The position numbers were made by a program, and so were the translations under genes. From the IMG/VR virus record IMGVR_UViG_3300037400_003220, positions 26,893 to 90,892 of that record: 64,000 nucleotides of DNA. One strand, given 5' to 3'. The notes below the pieces were generated by a model, which saw only the letters and a program-made list of their open reading frames with translations, was not told the DNA's origin and did no database searches. Source of the stretch: a virus. Lineage: Duplodnaviria > Caudoviricetes. Numbering within the stretch: the stretch's first letter is position 1; each line of letters begins with the position of its first letter. Shown here piece after piece: positions 58,446-64,000 of this stretch.

Positions 58446-58829
58446 ATGACAGAAGAACAAATCAAACAAAACGCCATTGAATACAGACAGTGCACTGATA
58501 ATCCTGATGACACGATAGGCAGATGTATGCAAAGGCAAGAAGATTTTATTGCGGGTGCTCATAGTATGCTTGAGGAGATTGAGTTATTAAAGGATATGTT
58601 TTCCAACTCACAACGTTATGCACATAGTCTTAAAGAGTCCGTTGAAAGTATGGGAAAACAATTAAAAAACGCTGTATCTCTTCTCTATGATATACTTGGA
58701 GACGACGACTTTTTCTGCACAAGACTACTTGATATTGATGAAGAAGCAAAAATATGCGAGGAGTGCTGCGATAATCTCAATGAGAAATGTATACTACGTT
58801 ATTTGAAATATTATAAAAAGGAACAATAA
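58446..58829 (+). CDS. Hypothetical protein
   Basis: EEQIKQ.A.EY...FIAGA motif; C-terminal Cys cluster. Confidence 0.55.
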   Translation: MTEEQIKQNAIEYRQCTDNPDDTIGRCMQRQEDFIAGAHSMLEEIELLKDMFSNSQRYAHSLKESVESMGKQLKNAVSLLYDILGDDDFFCTRLLDIDEEAKICEECCDNLNEKCILRYLKYYKKEQ

Positions 58830-58831
58830 AT

Positions 58832-59029
58832 ATGAAACTATTAGAAAATAATTGGGGCAAAATCAGGTGCCCATACTGTGATTCCGTAATGGAAATTGAA
58901 AAAGATGATATAATGGACAATTGTGATGGCGAAATATTCATTACTTGCCCAGTATGTGATTCATATATCTGGTTAACACATAATCCTGTTGCTCAAAAGA
59001 TAAAAGATGGTATAACCTGGCATAAATAA
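58832..59029 (+). CDS. Zn-ribbon protein
   Basis: CPYC...CPVC. Confidence 0.6.
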   Translation: MKLLENNWGKIRCPYCDSVMEIEKDDIMDNCDGEIFITCPVCDSYIWLTHNPVAQKIKDGITWHK

Positions 59030-59031
59030 TT

Positions 59032-59238
59032 ATGAACAAAAAACATCATGCACATAGAGTAGACACAAACATCTATGAATACAGAGGATTCCAAATTGAA
59101 TGTGTTGGATATTATCCTCCAGAACATAGAGTTGTGTGGGAGGCCGTTGACCATGATGGTTCTGGATTTGCACACGCATTTACATTGAGAGAGTGTAAGA
59201 TATGGGTTGACAAAGAGTTAGATAAAACAGATAAATAA
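59032..59238 (+). CDS. Hypothetical protein
   Basis: 68-aa ORF followed by a terminator. Confidence 0.55.
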   Translation: MNKKHHAHRVDTNIYEYRGFQIECVGYYPPEHRVVWEAVDHDGSGFAHAFTLRECKIWVDKELDKTDK

Positions 59239-59272
59239 AAACCGAAGGATTTACACCCGTCGGTTTATTTTT
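59238..59272 (+). terminator. Intrinsic terminator (ACCGAAGG family)
   Basis: AAAAACCGAAGGATTTACACCCGTCGGTTTATTTT. Confidence 0.65.
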
Positions 59273-59298
59273 CGTTTTTTTTTGAAAATTTTTTCTCC

Positions 59299-59352
59299 AA
59301 AATTTTTATAATTCAAAAAAATGTATTACCTTTGCAGCAGATTTCAAAATTA
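59299..59352 (+). promoter_or_regulatory. Repeated early-type promoter, copy 4
   Basis: AAAATTTTTATA at 59299 and TACCTTTG at 59327 (28-nt offset), then CAGCAGATTT. Confidence 0.8.
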
Positions 59353-59411
59353 ACAACATATTTAAAATTTTTAGAAGTGAAGCGAACACTTTAAAATGCG
59401 CACTAAAATTT

Positions 59412-60665
59412 ATGAATAAAAAACAGTTTGAGAAAATCTTCGGAAATCAAGAAATTAAAGTTGCAAAAAACTATGTTACAAAATCTGTAGCGACTAATTA
59501 CACAAAATTTGATAGTGTGGCCGAAGCGGTAGATAACAGTATTGACGCAAAAGAAGGAGAAGAAGTCAACGTCCATATTGATTGTAATGATGAGAAACAT
59601 ACGTTAACATTTACTGATGACGGAAAGGGTATTGAAGACTTTGAAAATCTATTTACGCTTGGTGGCACAAACAAAGAGAATTTAAGTGGAAAAATTGGCA
59701 AATTTGGCATTGGATTCAAGGGTGCTATTGCTAAAATTGCTATGCAATGCCGTTTCAACAAGAAAGATGGCGTACTAGTAAATGTTGAATCAAAACGATT
59801 AGGTAAAAAAACAAATTTATCTATCTTAATCGATGTTGACGGAAGTACAACAATCGGAAACGTATATACATCAGACTGTGACAAAAGTTTACATGGGACA
59901 CAAATTGTTTTTGAAAATGTAGATTTCAAAGAAATGGCGGAACTGCAAGATTTTCTTGAAGAAACATACGAGTTTACAATGAAAGAACATGGTTTAAATA
60001 TTTATATCAACAACCGTAAACTTGGCCAAACTGGTAATCAAAAACAAACGTTAAGTGGAGAAGAAACGCCAAAATGCTTAAAAGTTGGTAAGCATAATGT
60101 TAAAGTGATGTATCGCATCATCGGAGGGGACCGCAGATCATATGGTAAAAAAGATATCGAAAGAAGTTTTTCGGAAGCAGCACTTAGAATATACGACAAA
60201 ACATCTGGAAGATTGCTAGCAAAAGACAATAAACTTTGGAAATGGTACATAAATAAAGAAGCACAACAAGCAATTTGTGGATTAAGATGCGCTATATTTA
60301 TTGATGGCAATATTGACTCATATAACGAATTTGGTATAAAATCGACAAAAAATGGTGTCAATTTCCGCCAATACCACAAAAAAGAGGAATTTAAAGAGTT
60401 ATGTGATCACCTTACTACCATTTATCAAAAAGTAATGGGGGATAAAGTCGGTCGTAATGCAATTTATAATGTCGAGGCTAAAAATGGTAGTAACAGAATA
60501 TACGAAGTAAGGGACAAAGTAATGGGACAAGATAATTTACCATATATTGTTGTTAATGACGAACAAATTATCATGGCAAAAAAATGGCAGCCAAAAGACA
60601 TTGCAACATTAATCGATATGTATATTAATTTAAAAAATGAAATTGATAAAAGGAAAGCCGCATGA
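59412..60665 (+). CDS. GHKL (MORC/MutL/Hsp90-like) ATPase
   Basis: AEAVDNSIDA (N box), TDDGKGI (G1), TLGGTNK...GKFGIGFK (G2), GTQIVF (G3). Confidence 0.85.
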   Translation: MNKKQFEKIFGNQEIKVAKNYVTKSVATNYTKFDSVAEAVDNSIDAKEGEEVNVHIDCNDEKHTLTFTDDGKGIEDFENLFTLGGTNKENLSGKIGKFGIGFKGAIAKIAMQCRFNKKDGVLVNVESKRLGKKTNLSILIDVDGSTTIGNVYTSDCDKSLHGTQIVFENVDFKEMAELQDFLEETYEFTMKEHGLNIYINNRKLGQTGNQKQTLSGEETPKCLKVGKHNVKVMYRIIGGDRRSYGKKDIERSFSEAALRIYDKTSGRLLAKDNKLWKWYINKEAQQAICGLRCAIFIDGNIDSYNEFGIKSTKNGVNFRQYHKKEEFKELCDHLTTIYQKVMGDKVGRNAIYNVEAKNGSNRIYEVRDKVMGQDNLPYIVVNDEQIIMAKKWQPKDIATLIDMYINLKNEIDKRKAA

Positions 60666-61375
60666 CAAATAAACCAAATATCACAAAATCAAAACCAGAT
60701 GACGATATGTTAACTGGCGTAGTAGAAAAAGTTTATAATGATTTTCGCAATAAGTATCTCTATACGCTACCAAGCACTTGGGATATCTTAATGAAAAAGA
60801 AAAAAATAACTTTTTCGGCAATAAGAGATAAAATGGTAGAAAGCGGATATTCCGTCTCCGAGGCCAATACCTATTATGGCCAGGAAAGTAGTATCGAATG
60901 TGATGCGCCAATTATCTATCTAACAATAAATAATAATGGAAATATAAAATGTTACCCATTATATATTGGAGAAATAAAGAAGCAAGGCACTAACGATAAG
61001 AGACTTGAAGAAGGCGAAAAACGCCAAGGCCAAGGAAATGCCGCTGGTGATAGAGTTGCCAAAAACTATAACATTATCGCAGATTATTGTTACTTGTGCA
61101 ACAGAATATTCTTTCCATATAATGTATATTTGCATGGTTTCGACTTTTCTGAAGACGAAATAACAAAAACAACTAAAGCAAAACTAGAACCATTTTTTGG
61201 TACGCTAAACACATTCCATCCTTATTTTTATGAGGTATGTGGAAATCATAAGGGCGGTAGTTGTTTCTATCAAAAAGATATGTTTACGCCAAACGAAATA
61301 TATGATAATTGTTATGAATGTTGCAAAATCGGTATAGAATACTATCTTAAACACTTTGGTATAAGTAATGCTTGA
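60662..61375 (+). CDS. EcoRI/MunI-like type II restriction endonuclease
   Basis: SSIECD...IGEIKKQG (D...ExK), GNAAGDRVAKN (cf. EcoRI GNAIERSHKN), FFPYNVYLHGFDF (cf. HFPYVLFLEGSNF); ATGA overlap with the ATPase. Confidence 0.72.
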   Translation: MTNKPNITKSKPDDDMLTGVVEKVYNDFRNKYLYTLPSTWDILMKKKKITFSAIRDKMVESGYSVSEANTYYGQESSIECDAPIIYLTINNNGNIKCYPLYIGEIKKQGTNDKRLEEGEKRQGQGNAAGDRVAKNYNIIADYCYLCNRIFFPYNVYLHGFDFSEDEITKTTKAKLEPFFGTLNTFHPYFYEVCGNHKGGSCFYQKDMFTPNEIYDNCYECCKIGIEYYLKHFGISNA

Positions 61376-61423
61376 TTTTTAAATAAATTTCTGTATATTT
61401 ATTCCTGAAAACGGTTTAAATAA

Positions 61424-62509
61424 ATGGAAAATGAAAAATATTTAACAGATCAAATTATTACATATCTCGGTAATAAGAGAAAATTACTAGATAACATTGC
61501 AACAGAGGTAGAATCAGCACTAAAAGACTTAGGAAAAGAAAAAGCAATTATTTGCGATTTGTTTTCTGGTAGTGGTGTAGTCGCTAGACGTTTAAAACAA
61601 TATTCTTCAAGATTATACGCAAATGATCTTGAGGAGTATTGTTACGTTATTAACGATTGCTACTTATCAAACAAAGAAGATTTCAATGAAGACTATTATA
61701 ATGAAATTCTTCCAACAATTCTATCACACCCAAAAGTAGAAGGTGTAATAACAAATAATTACGCTCCTAAGGACGATAACAACATTAAAGAAGGTGAAAG
61801 AGCGTTCTATACACATGATAATGCCGTTATCATTGATACCATCAGAACGGCCATAGACGATGTTACCGAATCTTATAAGAAATACTTCCTTGGCCCATTA
61901 TTGTATGAGGCATCTGTCCATGCTAATACTAGCGGAGTATTCAAAGGATTCTATAAATCTAAAACCGCTAATGTTGGAAAATTTGGCGGAGAAGGTGAGA
62001 ACGCATTAGACAGAATACTCGGAAAGATAGAACTGAAAAAACCTGTGCTATCAAATTATAGTTGCCAGGTTACATTATTTAAGGAAGACGCAAATGTATT
62101 GGTTAAGCATCTCCGTGGATTAGATATCACCTACATCGATCCTCCATATAACCAACATCCATATGGTTCTAACTACTTCATGCTGAATACTATTCTTGAT
62201 AATAAATTAGGTAATAACATAAGTGAAGTTGCTGGAATACCAGATGACTGGAACAAATCTGCATACAATAAGAAAAAGGAGGCACTAACCGCATTTGATC
62301 AATTGGTGAAAGATATAGATTCTAAATACCTCATAATATCATATAACAACGAAGGATTTATATCATTAGATGAAATGCAAGAAATGCTATCTAAGTATGG
62401 CGATTTAAAAACAAAGGAAATTGACTACTTAACCTTTAGAGGCAGCCGAAATCTAAAAAATAGGAACAAGCACACTACGGAATACATTTTCACATTGAAG
62501 AAGAAATAA
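61424..62509 (+). CDS. N6-adenine DNA methyltransferase (D12/alpha class)
   Basis: ITYLGNKRKLL, DLFSGSGVV (motif I), YANDLE, YIDPPYNQHPYGSNY (DPPY), ISYNNEG. Confidence 0.9.
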   Translation: MENEKYLTDQIITYLGNKRKLLDNIATEVESALKDLGKEKAIICDLFSGSGVVARRLKQYSSRLYANDLEEYCYVINDCYLSNKEDFNEDYYNEILPTILSHPKVEGVITNNYAPKDDNNIKEGERAFYTHDNAVIIDTIRTAIDDVTESYKKYFLGPLLYEASVHANTSGVFKGFYKSKTANVGKFGGEGENALDRILGKIELKKPVLSNYSCQVTLFKEDANVLVKHLRGLDITYIDPPYNQHPYGSNYFMLNTILDNKLGNNISEVAGIPDDWNKSAYNKKKEALTAFDQLVKDIDSKYLIISYNNEGFISLDEMQEMLSKYGDLKTKEIDYLTFRGSRNLKNRNKHTTEYIFTLKKK

Positions 62510-62511
62510 CA

Positions 62512-62546
62512 AAAAACCGAAGGATTAAATCCCTCGGTTCTTTTTT
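62512..62546. terminator. Bidirectional terminator (ACCGAAGG family)
   Basis: AAAAAACCGAAGGATTAAATCCCTCGGTTCTTTTT between convergent genes. Confidence 0.72.
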
Positions 62547-62559
62547 ATATAAGTAAGAA

Positions 62560-63138
62560 TTATAAACTACCAATTGTAGGAACTGTGTCGTATACTGTTG
62601 CCGCTTCACGACTTCTTCTTCTGCCAAACTGTTCTTCTTCTTCTCTTCTCGCTTGTTCTTTACGCTCTAATGTTCTCTTAAGCATTTTACCCCAGATCTC
62701 ATCAAATCCAGGCACAAAGTCATTAAGTTTCACTGTTCTTTGTTTAGCAACACCCTTCATACTTCCAGCGTTCATCATTTCATACCAAGCATCTTCATCC
62801 CATGCGTTTCCTAATTCAACGAATTTTGGCCAACTTCCACTATAGAAGAATGCATGAACACCACCGTCTTTATCAATGTAAGCGCGTAATGCTCCATTCG
62901 CTTTCAAGGCATTTTTCATTGCCTCTGGCGTTCTATATTTCTCGTTAACACAGCCTTTTGGATTATAAACATATAACTCAGTTCCTGGAACTTCCCTGTA
63001 ATCAGAAATCTCCCAATAACTAGGCTTTGAATTACCTTTTGGCCTTGCCTCAAGCACTCCTTCACTTAATATCTCGCCAAGACTCTCTCTGATGATGTCT
63101 CTCAATTTACTCTCGTTTAACTTTATTGTCTTTTTCAT
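62560..63138 (-). CDS. Hypothetical protein with head-protein leader
   Basis: MKKTIKLNESKLRDIIRESLGEILSEGVLEA; TATTTAT box at 63161-63167. Confidence 0.62.
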   Translation of the reverse strand: MKKTIKLNESKLRDIIRESLGEILSEGVLEARPKGNSKPSYWEISDYREVPGTELYVYNPKGCVNEKYRTPEAMKNALKANGALRAYIDKDGGVHAFFYSGSWPKFVELGNAWDEDAWYEMMNAGSMKGVAKQRTVKLNDFVPGFDEIWGKMLKRTLERKEQARREEEEQFGRRRSREAATVYDTVPTIGSL

Positions 63139-63280
63139 ACTATAATTCTATTTTTTATCTATAAATACATACAAGTTTCAAAAAAAGAAGCAAAAACAAT
63201 AATATATTGTTGTTTTTATAAATCATTAAACTATTTATTAGTAAAATCGATTAGAAAATAAACAATATAAAAATACAATT

Positions 63281-63406
63281 ATGAAACAAAGCATAAAATC
63301 AATGAATCTCAATTGAGACAAATTATTAGAGAAGCATTAAATGAATATAGGCTTTACCAAACAAGAAGGAAATAAAAAACGTGGATATAACGGCCCAGAA
63401 AAATAA
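63281..63406 (+). pseudogene. Decayed leader-bearing gene
   Basis: MKQSIK / INESQLRQIIREALNE / IGFTKQEGNKKRGYNGPEK* is spread over shifted frames (A4 at 63295-63298 and a second indel after LNE). Confidence 0.5.
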
Positions 63407-63436
63407 CTCAATAACAAAATATGTAACAAACTCAAT

Positions 63437-63847
63437 ATGAAACAGACAATAAAATTAAACGAAACGCAACTACGTAGTTTGATTAAAGAGAGTATCAAGA
63501 TGGTATTGAAAGAAAGTGGTGAAAAAAACCCTGTGTTTACTGTCGATGGATTTGATATAATGCAAGAAGAAGATATTGATGATATGCAAATTACTGGACA
63601 AATATACTATTCAGAAGAAGAAGCAATTGAAGCAGCAAGAAAAGGCGCAAAACAATACGCTAATCGGGATGATTATGGAGTAATTCTATTTACTGTTTAC
63701 GCTGGAGAATATCAATTACCTAGTGGGGATATTTATGGTGAACCATATGATATTTATACTGTATCGAATTCGGATAAACAAACAACAATGGCAGCGAGAA
63801 AACAAACTGGATATGTATCTCTAGAGGTTAATGAATATGTTGGTTAA
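63437..63847 (+). CDS. Hypothetical protein with head-protein leader
   Basis: MKQTIKLNETQLRSLIKESIKMVLKESG. Confidence 0.62.
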   Translation: MKQTIKLNETQLRSLIKESIKMVLKESGEKNPVFTVDGFDIMQEEDIDDMQITGQIYYSEEEAIEAARKGAKQYANRDDYGVILFTVYAGEYQLPSGDIYGEPYDIYTVSNSDKQTTMAARKQTGYVSLEVNEYVG

Positions 63848-64000
63848 CCAACCATCTTAACATTTGAATATTGACATTTCTTACCGAAGGCAACAAAAAG
63901 TCTTCGGTATTTTTTGTTTATATAGGTCCTTTTTGAAAATATTGAAAATTTTTGGCCAAAATTTTTTTGAGAGTAGGTACTACTTTTTGTAATGAGGGGG

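Noticed and set aside
1297-62845. Many short antisense or overlapping ORFs in the six-frame track (e.g. 1297-1650, 5170-5997, 12489-13348, 36154-36633, 59498-60379)
   Set aside because: They are shadows of longer, motif-bearing genes on the other strand or frame, with Ser/Phe/Leu-rich antisense composition and no leaders or promoter boxes.
1-64000. Lak-type TAG-to-Gln recoding (code 15) or global TGA recoding
   Set aside because: Long genes (up to 1362 aa) are open in code 11 with no internal TAG. TAG ends ORFs 41664-42251 and tnpB, TGA ends several coupled genes, and only one in-frame TGA was found.
63915-64000. A/T-tract-rich non-coding end (GAAAATTTTTGGCCAAAATTTTTTTGAG...GGGGG) as a replication origin or promoter copy
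   Set aside because: Truncated by the window edge, lacks the -7 box at the 28-nt offset, and no iterons are visible.
1-64000. Bacterial chromosome or NCLDV origin (Clp chaperones, ACP, GTs, DUF723 nuclease)
   Set aside because: The gp21-type protease, scaffold-like proteins, holins, terminase-like ATPase and dense small hypothetical genes with bacterial promoters and terminators indicate a jumbo bacteriophage.

Overview
This AT-rich 64-kb window reads as part of a jumbo/huge tailed-phage genome with a T4-like head module. The host is probably in the Bacteroidota, judged from TAnnTTTG sigma-A promoter boxes, A/T-rich leaders without Shine-Dalgarno sequences, and Bacteroidales-type holin and secreted proteins. 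The standard genetic code fits. From 1 to 19 kb (mostly minus strand) is the head-morphogenesis region: an acidic scaffold-like ORF cut by the window edge, a gp21-type prohead protease, and many proteins sharing an 'L/I-x-E...L..II.ES' leader. This region is interleaved with four glycosyltransferase-like genes, a (GS)18/LRR protein, a DUF723-repeat endonuclease and an InPase+nucleotidyltransferase polyprotein. From 19 to 44 kb are an intein-containing SF1 helicase, ClpX, ClpC, two metallophosphoesterases, a ThyX-like gene carrying an in-frame HNH-AP2 insert, lysis-type membrane genes, a HAD-ACP-GT-ASCH-dUTPase operon, a 1362-aa T9SS-cargo-like protein with a partner, a holin and an AAA ATPase. 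From 44 to 64 kb are early/accessory genes behind a four-times-repeated promoter, including a vWA/PurA-like triad, YqeY, an HD hydrolase, a solo TnpB, a terminase-ATPase paralog, and a GHKL ATPase-EcoRI-like nuclease-adenine methyltransferase cassette. The best candidates for undescribed biology are (1) a late-expressed virion-glycosylation module whose enzymes share a C-terminal basic tag, (2) the GHKL-coupled R-M cassette, (3) a probable -1 frameshift fusing two head-region proteins, and (4) an HNH-AP2 nuclease fused into a ThyX-like protein with no visible splicing element. All family assignments come from motif recognition by eye; no database searches were run.
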